Source of the DNA: Rhina ancylostomus
Taxonomy: Eukaryota
Direction: 5' to 3'
Assembly: GCA_030265395.1 (NCBI GenBank)
Contig: JARFYF010000094.1
Coordinates: 22,622,079-22,686,078, forward strand
DNA: 64,000 bases
A model generated the notes under the pieces. The model worked only from the letters and a program-made list of their open reading frames with translations. It did no database searches and had not been told where the DNA came from. Every line of letters begins with the position of its first letter. Position 1 is the first letter of the stretch. The translations under genes and the position numbers were made by a program. Below, one piece after another: positions 28,130 to 41,424 of the stretch.

Positions 28130-28355
28130 ACTGTGAGGGTTTCCTCCAGCTGCTCTGATTTCCTACATATCAAATACATGCAGATTGGTAGGTTAATTGG
28201 CCACTGTAAGTTGCCCCTAGTGTGTAGGTGAGTGGTAGAACCTGTGTGGAGTTGATGGGAAAGTATAGAGAACAGGTTACAGGGAAAATTAGTGGGGTGA
28301 TGGGATTGCTCTGTGAACTGATGTGGACCTGATGGGCTGAAATAACTTTGTTCTA
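28130..28355 (+). mobile_element. V-SINE (HE1-like) fragment
   Basis: V-domain-like gggtttcctccagctgctctgatttcc...taggttaattggccactgtaagttgcccctagtgtg. Confidence 0.75.
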
Positions 28356-29158
28356 TGAAAATCTGTAAATATTTGGAAGAAGGAAGCAGGTGCATGAGAA
28401 CCCTGTAACCTGTTTCCCTCCAAGTTACACACTATCTTGACTTGAAAATATATTGCTATTCCTACAATGTCACTGGGCCTAAATCCTGGAACAACCTCCC
28501 CTTCAACACCATGGGATTATTCAGAGGGGCTGCTTTGCTTTAGGATGGTGACTAATTCCAACTCCTCAGGAGCAACTAGGGTTGGCCAATAGATACTGGC
28601 CTTGACACTGATATCTTCATCCCATAAATGAATATAAATATCCATTTTGTCTGCCTTTGAAACCCACCATGTAGTAACACCTGCCAATATCAGTTAACCC
28701 AAAGTATCATCTGCAAACTCGCAGGGGTGATTGTTATTTAGTATTTCATTTTAATCCCTGGAGGAGGATTTAGTTTTTGTACAGTGAAAACTGGAAATTC
28801 ACAGTAAGCGTGCATTATGCCTATGGGATACAACACTATGTGCCATTCATTAGTGCTTCAGTGAGCAACGTCACTCTCCTTGAATGGAAAGAGAAATTGT
28901 TAAATAGACCACAGAAGTTCAAAGATTAATTTTCAGAATAAGGGTGTAGTCAAATGTGTTCACTTCATTGACCAAAACTGCAGCTGTTTTGGATCTAATT
29001 CCAGACCACATAATTTTATAGCAGGTTAAGAAGCAGTGGAAGTGGAAACTGTGTGTTGGAACTGTGACCCATTAACCGTGAAAATAACATACTAGTCCTT
29101 TTAGAAAAATTAAAAAAAAATAACTATATGCAATTCTTATTTTTTTCCCTGCTTCAAG

Positions 29159-29280
29159 AGACTTCTTGAGTCCACAAGACAAAGAAAATATTTTTACAGC
29201 AGATCATTTCCCTCTGTGGTACAGAAAGTCAGCAGAACAACTTCCAGGAACTTTTGTCTATTCCATTCCATTTAGTACAG
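29159..29280 (+). CDS. CACNA2D3: CACNA2D3 coding exon (about exon 26), 122 nt, phase 2-1
   Basis: pyrimidine tract, then cttcaag|A GAC...ACA G|gttagt; (Q)DFLSPQDKENIFTADHFPLWYRKSAEQLPGTFVYSIPFST. Confidence 0.96.
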
Positions 29281-30946
29281 GTTAGTGATTTTTATCTCTA
29301 TAGAATTAATTAGAATTAAATAGGATTAATTCTATATTTTGCATTAAGTTTAATATAGTTGACAAATGGTGTGTTTACTTAAAATGTTTTCATAAAGTTG
29401 ATTTAAACTTTCATTCAGTAAATTATTCCCTGTGTTATGCAACTGATCCTTTATCTCCTCAATTACTAGCAATATTTATCTACTACTTCCTACTTATCTA
29501 TGCTACATTTGGAACCGTGCATTTCTATGACAGTTTATTTTGGTTCTTAAAACCATTTATACCACTTCAGGAAAGCAGTTCACAGTGAGTTCTGTATGAC
29601 AATGTCTTAATTGGTTAAATACTACTTTTACGACATGATATTTCAGACACCCGGCAACCTGTACAAACAGAAACTTTTGGGTGTCTTTTTCTCAACAATC
29701 TTTTTCTGAATACATATGTGGGTCTGCACTGACTGAATTCAAGGTCCCATTCCATTCTTGTTATATGAAAATTTGCTGGTAGTTTAATGAATCCATTCTG
29801 TGGACTTGTTCATATTTCAATGAAAACCATAAACTGGTGTCTGTCTTTCCATCAACTTTATTTTGAGTGGTTTGGAACAGAAGTCATAATGAAGGTTATA
29901 TTCACAGACAGCCAACTTGGAGTATACTGCCAGAGAAGTGGTACTGCTTGTTTTATTCACAAGTAAAAGCAAGCTGCTATAAATCACCTATGCAGTTTGG
30001 TTTCTAACTTAAATCAATTACCAATTGTTGAATAGCTATCACCACTGTTGACACTTAGACTGAAGAGTAAACAGATCTCATCAAACTGCTGGCTGGTGTC
30101 AATGTACCATTTATCATCCAACAATTGTTTATGTTGATGTAATTACACAATAAGAGCAAAACTGACATGCAGCCCCTGCTTTTTAGACTTTTTATAATGG
30201 GCTGGATCCTGTTGGACCAAGCCTGCTCCCTGAACGTACTTTTCCCTGAAGTGGAGGGTTCAATGAACTGACCCTCCGCATCTCAGACATACCCCGAGAT
30301 GGGCAACATACAAAAACTTGGCCACAGCTAGTATTTTGATAAGGCACTGGCTCATGAATATGCACACAATCTCTGACCATGATAAGCTGTTAAATGCTTT
30401 TGAACTATATTTAAATCTCTCAAATAAGGACACATAATGCTACTCAAATAGAATTAAATAATTAAAAGCATTACAAATTCAAAAGGTAAAGTCTGAATTG
30501 AAGTAAAACACTGTAAATACTAACAAACAATCAAAAGCATTAAAATAAAGTAAAATACCTCAAGTATTTACCTTCACTTGCCTTTTTCTGTAGTCAGTGA
30601 CCCCATTCACATGAATCAAATCACCCTTCTGCCACCAGTTGACCCTGGCACTCCCACAGCATCAAGCCCCTCTCCTTACATATCAGTGCTCTCTCACTGG
30701 GCTGCATGAACTGACATCTGATCTCCATGCACTGACATTGGATCTTCATTTACTGACATCTGACCTCTAATTTGCCTCTGACTTGCTTGAACATAAAGCA
30801 AAAGTATGCTCTATCTTGAAGCTCAAATGACTGATAAACAGTGGTCTCCAACTGAATTGCCGGCTGTTGGTCAGCTCAATTTTACCCTATCACTTTAAGT
30901 AAGATCCTATTTCCCCAGTTTCCCACGTGCAAATTTCTGTACCCCG

Positions 30947-30949
<3 letters not shown>

Positions 30950-30979
<30 letters not shown>
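30950..30979. repeat. (AC)15 microsatellite
   Basis: direct read. Confidence 0.95.
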
Positions 30980-30981
<2 letters not shown>

Positions 30982-31214
30982 ACTGCTTAAACAAATTTAA
31001 GAACATAATGAAGAATTTAGAATGTTATAGAACAGAATAAGGTTTATCCTTTTTATATGTAAATAACTTAAGTAATGATGCCATTGAGTTGTGTGCCAAA
31101 TATGTGGAACATAACTGTCATTTAAGATAATGATGTCTTATTTCTGGGCAGAGTACAAAATGATGCTGAAATCCTTGAGAACTATAAATATGTTTCTTTG
31201 CATAACTTATATTT

Positions 31215-31215
<1 letters not shown>

Positions 31216-31245
<30 letters not shown>
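31216..31245. repeat. (CA)15 microsatellite
   Basis: direct read. Confidence 0.95.
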
Positions 31246-31246
<1 letters not shown>

Positions 31247-34200
31247 TCATAAGGTCCTTGGACTCTCGCACTTATTACACAGAGTGAACTGCTTCCTTTA
31301 CATATAATTCTTATGCATAGCTGCATCTAAGACTAAAACAACAGGCTATCTATTAATAAGAGTATACTGACCAGTCATCAATATATTTTATAACCATGTA
31401 AATCTAAAGATCCGAAAGCTGAATAATGACAACAAATTGATTACATCAAATTATCAGACTGGCCTTCAGTGTTTGATGATTATGGAAAAGATAAATCAAA
31501 GGTTGTGACTGGCATTGCTCCAGAGCTAGATTTGCACCAGTGAATCTGCTGCTGGTACCTTAATGTAATGTCAAGCCTAGAGGTTTAGTTCCAGTAAGTA
31601 ACTGAAGCATTTATCTATAGAATGTAATCTGAAACTTTGTTCAACAAACCCAAATTATGGCTGCAAAATTTGTCTTTGCAATGCCTGAGGAATCAATGTT
31701 GTGCAGATAAAAATCCTATCAACAAATTCTGTGCACTTTCTGAGGTAATGCTAGTCATTAATAAGGTGTGGACGTAATAGTGTAAGAACTTTCTGTCCTT
31801 TTCTACCTATTTTCTGGCATCCATCTCATCCAAATAACATCAGCATGTGTACTGTACCCAACATTCATTTCTAGCAAGATTTTAAACTCCTTTGGTTTGA
31901 ATTATTATTGCTGCTGTTTATGCACAGAAAGGCACATATTCATAAATGCTGAAGGCTCAAACTGAAGATTATCTTATGTGTCAAAAATATCTGTCATACG
32001 GCTGTAAGCAGAGTGCTGTTTAACTCTTTGCAAACAAATCTCAAGTAGTCTGATTGAAACTGGGATCTCAGTGACCACACCACCTGCTGGTTTCAGCAGC
32101 TCTCTGCAAAATCAAGGGAACACCAATTGCCAGAAGAAATTCTATATGAAGTGAAGTGTTTCAATGTTCATTTGACCAGAAGTGGGTTAAAAACTGGAAA
32201 AAAGACATCTAACAAGATAGCATTAGGTGGGTATTCCTAGCAAGGCATTGATAGGGAAGTGTCCATAAGGATGTGAGTCCCTCTATGAATTCTTGCATTT
32301 TGGGAAATTCTAGACAGCACCAAAATGTTCTTTTTAGGTGTGAATGGAAAAACTGTATTTATTGGAAATAGAAGGCCGCCATCTTACTGGAAGAGGTATT
32401 CTTCACTTCTGAAACAGCAGCAGGTAACAATGTATCAAATGTAGTTTAAATCAGCAGAAATAGTCTAGGATCCAGAAGCAAGGTTTCTGAGAGTTGAGAT
32501 AGCTCTGATTCTGACATTGAGAGCGGTGCAGGCATCTGTTTTTCTTTGCTACTTGAGGTTTATCTGGTGGGAAATTCAACTCCTAACATCCACTGTTTCT
32601 GAAATGAAACATTATACAGCCTGCAAGTGCTGTTTTGGTGCTGAAGAATTTTATGGAGTCTTTTAGATGTTTCTGAAACAATTTAGGTGACCTCTAAAGA
32701 CATTGTAACACCAGAAAACCAATGTAGACTTTATAGGCCTATATGTTTAATACAGGTGCNNNNNNNNNNCTACCTAACTGAAGCTATTAAAGTAACATCT
32801 AAGATTATACCAGATAATAAAAACTTATGTTGCTCAGAATACTAAATGCCCAATCTGCCCCATTTCTGTTTCACCTGCCACTAAAATTCATACCACCACC
32901 ACAAAGTAACCCCATCTGAAAAATTATAGAATGAAATTCTGACCTAAAACCAGAAATCAATTTCCATATACTATAAAAGTGGATCAGATTGACTATGTTC
33001 AGGTATATGGATCACTTGAACAGGGGAAAATAGAGTGAGATAATTATCCTTAGTTAATGGAGTCAAAATGGTCGCCCGATCTCTTCCCCTTTTACTTCAA
33101 TACTTTCAGTTTTGGTTTTTATGTTCCCTTCAAAGATTCCTCTTGTTTTCTAAATTTTGTCATTATTTATTAATTTCTTCTGCCCTTTCACTGCACCTGA
33201 GATTTTATTACGTGCCATTACTTTGAATCCATTACTTCTCTTCAAAGCCCTTACAATTATTTACCTCCACCTTCACCATCTCTTGCCCAGTGCAGTCTTC
33301 TGTTTAAATCTTGGCACCTGTCACCTTCCTTAAGTTCTTCCCCGTTTACAGTTTTTAAGAAGTAATGATGCCCACTCCTCATATATAATGTTCAGCTGCC
33401 TGCTACAGTAATTAAACCAGTAATATAATGACACAATCTGGAACTCTCATCCTCTTTATTGCTTGATTAAATATTTCACAACATGACTAGAAGCAGTTTA
33501 CAGGAGAGATACAGGCAGGGAGCTGACAATAGAAATAAAACTCCATGGTGCAAAAACTGGAAGTAAAAATACTTCATAATCCTTGTGTCATATTTTATGG
33601 AATTTAAACTCTGGAAGGAGAGCAAAAATAAGGGACACATTTGTGGACTTGACATTGTTTGATGCAGAATTGTTCAGTAAAAAATATAAAATCTAATTGG
33701 CTATTCTTTCAGGAGTTTTCTGACTTTCAAGTTGTATGCATCCAAAAAAGATAAGAGTCAGTAGTAGAAGTTATCTAACTTGAGATATTAATCTGTGCTC
33801 TATGTTCTAATTACCCCAATGCCAGTTGTTTCAGTTCTGTCTTTCCCCATACTAATTTTAACTTGTGTTCAAAATAGAAAGATAGTAACCACAATTGACT
33901 TTCCAATGAATCAAAGCACTTAAATAAATGTATGTGATGAATAGAATAACACTAATGTAGTCAGTTACCTGCAATATATTACAGCAGATGATGTGCCAAT
34001 AGCACTTTCTCCCCATCCCAGCAGCCCACAAGAAGTTGCAGAGTTGTTGTACTATTTTCATGAGGATATGAGGATGTAATGCTGGTTCTTAAGTCAAGCG
34101 CTGCAAATGAGTGAGAATGAAATCCATTGTAGATTGGCCATACTTGGCATTAAGCTGCCACAGAATAGCCTTTCCTTGTCCTGGATTATTTTATATTCCT

Positions 34201-34415
34201 ATCATTGTACAAANNNNNNNNNNNNNNNNNNNNNNNNNNNNNNNNNNNNNNNNNNNNNNNNNNNNNNNNNNNNNNNNNNNNNNNNNNNNNNNNNNNNNNN
34301 NNNNNAACAACTGAAATACTTCTCAGTATTTCTCTGAATGAAAGATGTTTACAATAACTATTCATGTTTGAATCATTTTACTTTGATACTAATAAGCTAT
34401 AATTCAATTTGATAG

Positions 34416-34496
34416 AGGCAGAAAATAAAAGTAATGTTGTGACAGCCAGTACAACTGTGCAGCTTTTGGACAACAGAAAATCACCAGTGGTTGCAG
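34416..34496 (+). CDS. CACNA2D3: CACNA2D3 coding exon (about exon 27), 81 nt, phase 1-1
   Basis: tgatag|AG GCA...GCA G|gtaagc; (E)AENKSNVVTASTTVQLLDNRKSPVVA; the next exon was not found in the window. Confidence 0.93.
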
Positions 34497-34849
34497 GTAA
34501 GCATTTTTGAAATTCTTATTATTCAACATATTTGTTTGTTTATTATCTGAATTAATTATGTTCAGCCATGTTAGGGAGTATGTCACCAACATTATCTGTG
34601 CAACTGGAAGCTGCATTTATATGTGATGTTGGCAAGAGAAATTTTACCACATTATTTTCCATGTGTTTTCAGTGAGATGCAGTTCAAACTTTCCAGCAAC
34701 TTTTAACAACTCATCTCTAACTTTTGGTCAAGCCTCCTAAAATATTTTATTTAGTTGCCATCTAATTTTGGCTGTGTTTTTTTCTCTGCCTGTAGTAAAC
34801 ATTGTTTCAAAACTGTATGCCCATTGGACACCTCTGCTGATCTACATCT

Positions 34850-36450
34850 TGATTCTGGATACCCATATGAACTCTAGAAACACTTACCATGCTTCCTTGA
34901 TGAGCCCAGTACATAAACATGGAGTCAACACTGTGGTAAGGTCAGGATGAAATCTGGCACAACACTGCATCGTACTGAAAATGAGCGACAAGCAGTAACA
35001 TTTTTGGTTTTGCTGCACGTGATCATGGCCTCAAACATCTCTACAATTAGCAACAGCCTATTCTCAGCTACCTGCAGATCTAGATTAATCATTTCCTTCT
35101 GCTCAAAGGTGCATATGCTTTTTATTAAGCTTAGCATTGTGTTAATAGAGTCTTCCGAAACACTTCCTCAAATATGGTGGTTGCAATAAGAATGACATCC
35201 TGAGTGTACAAAAATACTTCATCCACTGTAGCATTTTATCCATTGTTTCCTGAAATATTTCTGATAATAATTTTATCCCATACAGTAGTTTAGTATGAAA
35301 GTAAAAATCACTTGTGGTTGTTAACTGTCAAGTATCATTGCCATTCTTTGTCTATTTTGTTATACATAAGCATGAGTCTGGTCTGACTTAGTGAAGACCT
35401 CAGCTGCTGCTAGTTTGGCATACAGATCTTGAGGTGAAGCCAGAAGGTATCTTTTGTCATATCATTCATTATAATCACTGCGAATCTAGACAGTCTTACT
35501 GCCTCAGGTTCAACTGTGAAAGCTTTCACTCAATTATTCTCAATTATGTTCACCAGTATGCCTTGATACTCCAGTTTATTAAGCTTGTCCTTCACCTGAG
35601 CTCTCAACACTTATGTGCCAGCCAAAGTTTGCAATAAAACAGTTTAATATTTGGTTTAATATATATGGAAGCTTGATACCTTTAATGCCCATGTATGAAT
35701 TCTTCAGCTTATCTTCATAATGTTCCTAAATGTTCTTTAAAAATGATGCAGATGTATTTATATTAAATGTACTTTTTCAATTGATCCTCAACTCTTACAG
35801 CCAGTCTCTTCCTAGCAAAGTTAATCTTTTCACATATTCAGTCACTTTAATTGATAGCCTTGAATTTTTCTCTTTATGAAGGATTATGCATTCCATTTGT
35901 CTAAATGTTCTCAGCGTTTCTCCAGACCATGATCTCAGCTTTAATATTCTTTTCACAAATGGTGCCTTACCAAACCTGGTCTTGTGGTTTCCTCTCCCAT
36001 GATGGAGCAATTAGTGACCATGTAAAAATTCATATTGATTTGTTGATTATTTATCTTTAATGTTGAAATCCCCCTTCATTTTTATACCTCTACAAGAGGC
36101 ATATATTCCTTGCATTGCTCATCAGCCTCAATGTTAAATTAACCTTCCTTCTGCAGCTTTCTACTGGAATTGTTTCCTTTCCATTAGGATGCTGGTCAAC
36201 TATATCGGCTTGCCATACTCTATTTTTGCAGAGGCTATGGGCTTTGGTTGACACAACTAAAACACCTTGCTGTTCTCACACACACACACTGTGCTAAGTG
36301 ATTCTCAGGGCACTGGTATCAGAATTTCCTGCCAAACGTGCTTTTTGCATCACTTACACTCATGTGGCCAGTCTCTGAGAGAACTCCCATCAATGCTCTT
36401 GCTGTTGGTCTGCATTTAACACTAATATTTATATTAGCAACCCTCAAAAT
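34850..36450 (-). mobile_element. Decayed Ty3/Gypsy LTR retrotransposon internal region (gag?-protease-RT-RNase H)
   Basis: Minus strand with stops and frameshifts: LKLRSWSGE...LLGRDWL (protease), LRAQVKDKLNKLEYQGI, PQDLYAKLAAAEVFTK, YLTVNNHK, KLLYGIK..EIFQETMDKML (RT), VTAC..QY.DAVLCQ (RNase H) in correct order. Confidence 0.75.
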
Positions 36451-36799
36451 TCCTTTGCCATTTGGAGGCAATTTCCATCAATGTACTCACCTGCATGCTC
36501 ATTAGATCCAGCANNNNNNNNNNNNNNNNNNNNNNNAGCAGGTCTGCATACCAACTCATCTCACCATTGCATGATCCATGGATGCACCAGGTTACCAATG
36601 CCACAACAGATCTTTTAGAATTACTATTTAAACTCGAATTGTCTCCCCCAACCTCTGATTGTGAGTTCCAAACATATAACTTTCCCCAGTCTGTGGCAAT
36701 GGGTTTGAAATGATTTTTCAGGTTATTTATAAAGCTTTGTTAAAAGGGAATTGATTGTCTTTATTCATCTCCTGTTTATATCTGCTCATGACAGGTCAG

Positions 36800-37195
36800 C
36801 TGGGACTAACAAGATTTTGCCACCTTCTCTCAGCCTGCAACCCCACCACTTGTATTATTCTGCCTCTCTTGGTCTCCACACTATTGCAGAAATTTCCTTT
36901 GTCCTCTCCACTCCCTTTTTGGCATAAGAAAAACATGTCTCATTTCTCACTTCTAGTTCCGATGAAAAGTCGTCGACCTGAAAAATTAACTCTGTGCCTC
37001 TCTCCATAAATGGTGCCTGACCTGCTGAATATTTCCAGTATTTTCTGCTTTAAAAAAGAAAATAAAAAAATTGCAGAAAATCATGAAATGCTGGAAAACT
37101 TGGCAAGCCAGGCAGTATTTGTTTCAGGTATGGGACCTTTCATCAGATTTGTTTTCTGTTTTTATTTCAGAATGCCTGCAGTTCACTGTTTTATT
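36800..37195. mobile_element. Two oppositely oriented Penelope-type terminal repeats, each with a hammerhead core
   Basis: + AGTT-CCGATGA-A-AAGTC GTC GACCT-GAAAA-ATT-AACT (36955-36991); - CTGATGA-A-AGGT CCCAT ACCT-GAAAC (37121-37146). Confidence 0.7.
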
Positions 37196-38469
37196 TGAAG
37201 CATTACTCAAAAACTTCACTGAGATATCAATGCAGATAGGTTGAGGTCAGAGCAGTTTTGACTTCTGAGATCTATCTCGGCTGAAGAAAAAGTGGGAAGG
37301 AACAGGCCATAGGATTGTGGTGATTCCAGGGATGAAAGGCTAGGTTCCAGCCTTTGTAGATGAGGTAGGGTACTAGTCTTATAGCAAGGAGGTTACTAGA
37401 AGCAGAACAGGGAGGCCTAAAATTTCCTTGTGGCCTTCACTTTCGGGCCGAGAAAGGAAAGTGAAACATGGACAGTGAATTAATTTTTCGAGTTCTGATC
37501 CACTTCTCATTTGAATTTACTTGTAAGGAAAACTGCTTTGGCTTTCCCAGTCAAGTCAGACCTACTGTTGTGGTTAGGGAAATTACGTCATCTGCCCTTT
37601 CAGAAAAACCCTCCCAGCTTCAGGTAGGCTCCTGCACCAGTTGTCAGAACTATTGGCTGAAATTGAAGGCAGCATAATGCAGGTGGTGGTTCATTAGCAT
37701 GAGTTACCTGATGGCCATTGGCTGCTTTTTCTCCAGGCTTCCACTGGGCAAAGGGGGAATTAAAAGGTGGGGATGCAAATGATTCCCATGTTGCGGTTTG
37801 GGACGTAACTCTATTGCTGTGGAATTCAGAAGCAAATGAAATAAACTGCCAACTTTTAGCAGAGTTAGTGTATTTAAAAATGATCATTGAATAGTTAACA
37901 GCTCACAAGTCCTATTTTAAACAATGCAGTGTTATTTTAAGTTATTAGTTCTGTAGCATGCATCTTTAAATTAACTTGAAAGAACAGCAAATCGTTTACC
38001 AGTTTATTCAATGGTCTGTTAAATACAGCATATATTCTGTCATGCAGTAGTACATAAAGTTCAAGTCCCCTAAATTATTAATCTGATGAAGCATCAGCTT
38101 CCAAGGGAGAACTCTCATATTTTCATTCAGTATGGCTGCTTTGAATCTTTTGAATATTAAGAATTATTAATGAGATTTTTGATGGACTACTGTTAGTGCC
38201 CTGGCATAATAGGTGTTGGTGCTGAGCACTCTCTTTATAAACTGTCCAGTCGATGACACTACATTGATCGAGGTTTCCTCTTTATCAGGACCCAAAATAA
38301 TTCGGAATGAGCATGCAAAAGTGAGGTTAATAACTTCTTTGCAAGAGTTTGCATATATTTTCCTCCAGGACCCATGAAGTCCCATAGCTTTAGGACAAAC
38401 ATTGGCAAGGAAATCACCTCCTGATTCCTGCCTACCAACTCCCTCAACAGTTGAAGAGGTGTTCCTTCA

Positions 38470-40345
38470 TATTGAACAACACTTAAATGACAGTAACCAG
38501 AGCACCAAATGTTCTCTGGGAGGGGAGCTTTAATGTCCATTATCAAAAGTGGTTTAGTATCACTGTATTGACTGAGCTGGTTGAATTCTGAAGAATATAG
38601 CTTCCTGACTGGGTCTGCAGCAGTAAGTGAGCAAGTCAGCATAAAGGACAAAGCTACTTGTCCTTGTCCTCACTAGTCGACCTGTGGCAGATGCATTGGA
38701 CCATGACAACTTTGGTAGAAGTGACCACTATCCAGTCCTTGAGAGATAAATTCCTATCTTCGCATGAGGGACACTCTCCTTTTATTTGATATTACAGTTG
38801 TGCTAAATGAGATAGACTCAAAATAAAGCTGGCAGCTCAAAGCTAAGCATCTGTGAAATGGAGGGATGGGGGTGGAGGGGAGGATCATCAGCAGCAGCAG
38901 AAATTCAGCTCCATTCACCTCCAGAATCTGTAACCTCATGGTCCGGCATATTCCTCCTCTTACAATTACTGTCAAGCCAGAGGAGTGAAGAAGGGTACAC
39001 TGGGAGGTGAGCTAACCCGATGAAGCTGCAGCACAGGAATACACACATGCTAAACGGCAGAAACAATGTGCACCAGACAGATCAAAACTTGGCAGTCACA
39101 TCTACACATGAATGGTGGTGGACATTTAAGCAGCTACTGGGAGGACAGAGTGCCAAGAACAGCTTCTGTTGGTGGGCCTCAGCAGGGCAGTGCTAAAGAC
39201 AAGGTTGAAGCATTGCAACCATGATCAGCCTAAGGTCAAATAGGTTGTCCATCTTGGCTTTTTACTGATACTTCCACTATCACAAAGCCTAGCTTCCTGC
39301 CAATTTGATTCTTCCCACATGATATCAAGAAAAATCTGAGAGCACTAGAGACTGCAAAGACTATGGGACCAGATAATATCCTGGCTATAGTACTGAAGAC
39401 TCATGCTCCACATCTAGCTGTGCTGTAGCCAAGTTATTCCAGTTTACAACACCTGCAACCGACTGCCAATGTGGAAAAATACCCAGGTATGTTCTGTTCA
39501 AGAAATGCAGGACCAATTTAATCAGGCTAATTATCCCTCAATCTGTCTACTCTTAATCACCAAAGCTTTTGTTAAATGTGGATCAAAGGGCAGAATTCAA
39601 GAGATGAGTTGGGAGTGATTGTCCTTGATATCAAGGCAGCATGTGATTGAGTATGGCATCATGGAGCCCTGGTAAAACTAAAGTCAAAGGGATAACAGTC
39701 CGATGGTTGAAGTTATAACTCACATAGATGAGGAAAGTGTGGCTGTCCCAGCCCCAGGACATCACAGCAGGATTTCCTTGGAACAATGTCCTCAGCTCAA
39801 CCATCTTCAGCTGCTTCATCTTCCTGATCATAAGTGAGGGTATTCAATGATGGTTAAAAGATATTTAGTTCCATTTGCAATTCCTCAGAAAGTGAAGCAG
39901 TCTGTGCCTGCATACAGCAAGATCTGGACAATCGTTAAGTGAGTGGCAAGTAATATTTATGCCTCAAAAGTGCCAGACAGTAAACATTTCCAACAAGAGA
40001 AAGTCTAACCACTAACTCTTGACATCCAATGGAATTAACAGCATGAGAGTTGCCATTGACCAGAAACTCTACTGCACCAGCCACATCAATACTGTGGCTA
40101 CAAGGAAAGATTGGAGGTCAAGTATCCTAGAGCAAGGACTTAACTCCTGATATCTTGGATCCTTTGCACCAGCTGTAAAGCACAAGTTAGGATTGTAATG
40201 GAATACTCTGAACTTGTCTTGATGAATGCAGTGCCAGCAACATTCAAGAAATTCCACATCATTAAAACTTCCTATCCACTATCTTAAGCATTCATTTCCT
40301 CTACCACTGATGGACAGTGGTGTGCACCATCTATAAAATTCACTA
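38470..40345 (+). mobile_element. CR1/L2-group LINE ORF2 remnant (AP endonuclease to RT), ~1.9 kb
   Basis: GxFNVH-like (gggagctttaatgtccat) and SDH (agtgaccac) endonuclease motifs; GPDNI (ggaccagataatatc) and LDIKAA.D RT motifs. Confidence 0.75.
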
Positions 40346-41319
40346 ACATCCTTGATCATCTACATAAATAGTAAATATCACAGTAGCTGAGTACTTCGTA
40401 ATTACTATCATTGCATTATTTTAACACGTCTCCCTACAATGAGCTCAGTGAGATTGGAACTCTGCATCTCTGTGCAAGAATGGAAGTCCATTCACAGAGC
40501 AGTTAATTTTTCATGCTGGAACAGCGCAAATAGTGAATTCTACCTTGTCTTGAGACCAAAATAGTACAAAAGCAATTTCATAGATTGTGTTGGGATGCTC
40601 TCACATCAATGTATTTGAGAGACAGATTGCTGGTGTGATCTCTGAATTGCATCAATAGTCATTTGAAACCACTCATAATGTCAGCGGAATTAGTTTAATG
40701 AAATGGAAAAATAACTTCATCAATCCAGTTAGTTATGAACTCCTGTTACGTTCTCTCTATTCTATGCTTCTCAGTATGAAACTATGTGATACTAACTATG
40801 TGCTAAGAGGCCATATAAAGGAACCAAAGAATGCTACACTTAATTAGGATCTGCAGCATAACCGAAACATTAGTTGTCCTGTGTCTGTTGCTGATAGCAA
40901 TGTAGAAGTGCCACAAAATTCACAGTAAACAGTCTGCAGTCTGACTGCACTGAATCATCCTCCAGACACTATGCTGGCCCTCTCCAGCTTTAGGTAAAGT
41001 GTTCCAGAATTTGATGTGCATAATCTGAATTTAAATCTCTCTGTATCTACTTAATTTGTATGAGCCTGATTCACTTATGCCAATAATAAGATTTACTAAG
41101 TGGGCAGCCAAATTATAGCTGTCATGTTCACATAGTACTTCCATGACTTTGCATATTCAATAGAAACAGACAGGCAAATGAGCAATGTAGTCCCTCAGGG
41201 TGACGACAGTGTTAGCTCAGGGCTTATGAACTCATCTGAGTCTTAAAAACTGATTGAAATATTTAAATTCTGTTGCCACATTTTCCTCAACCAAAATAGT
41301 TGTATTAGGTAATACAAAT

Positions 41320-41424
41320 GCTGCAGATGCTAGAAATCTGAAGTTAAAACCCAAAAACATTATAAATACTCAGCAGGTGAAGGAAACAAAGTTAATTTTT
41401 CAGACCAATGACCTTTCATCAGAG
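41320..41424 (-). mobile_element. Penelope-type terminal repeat with hammerhead core
   Basis: Minus strand CTGATGA-A-AGGTC ATT GGTCT-GAAAA-ATT-AACT. Confidence 0.65.

Larger units (their letters stand above)
26230..28640 (+). mobile_element. Old CR1/L2-group LINE (same family as 38470-40345), interrupted by younger insertions
   Basis: Segments colinear with 39050-39830 (e.g. catgatattaagaaacagctgagagca; atggcatcaaggagccctgg) plus a 3' tail at 28560-28640. Confidence 0.7.
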
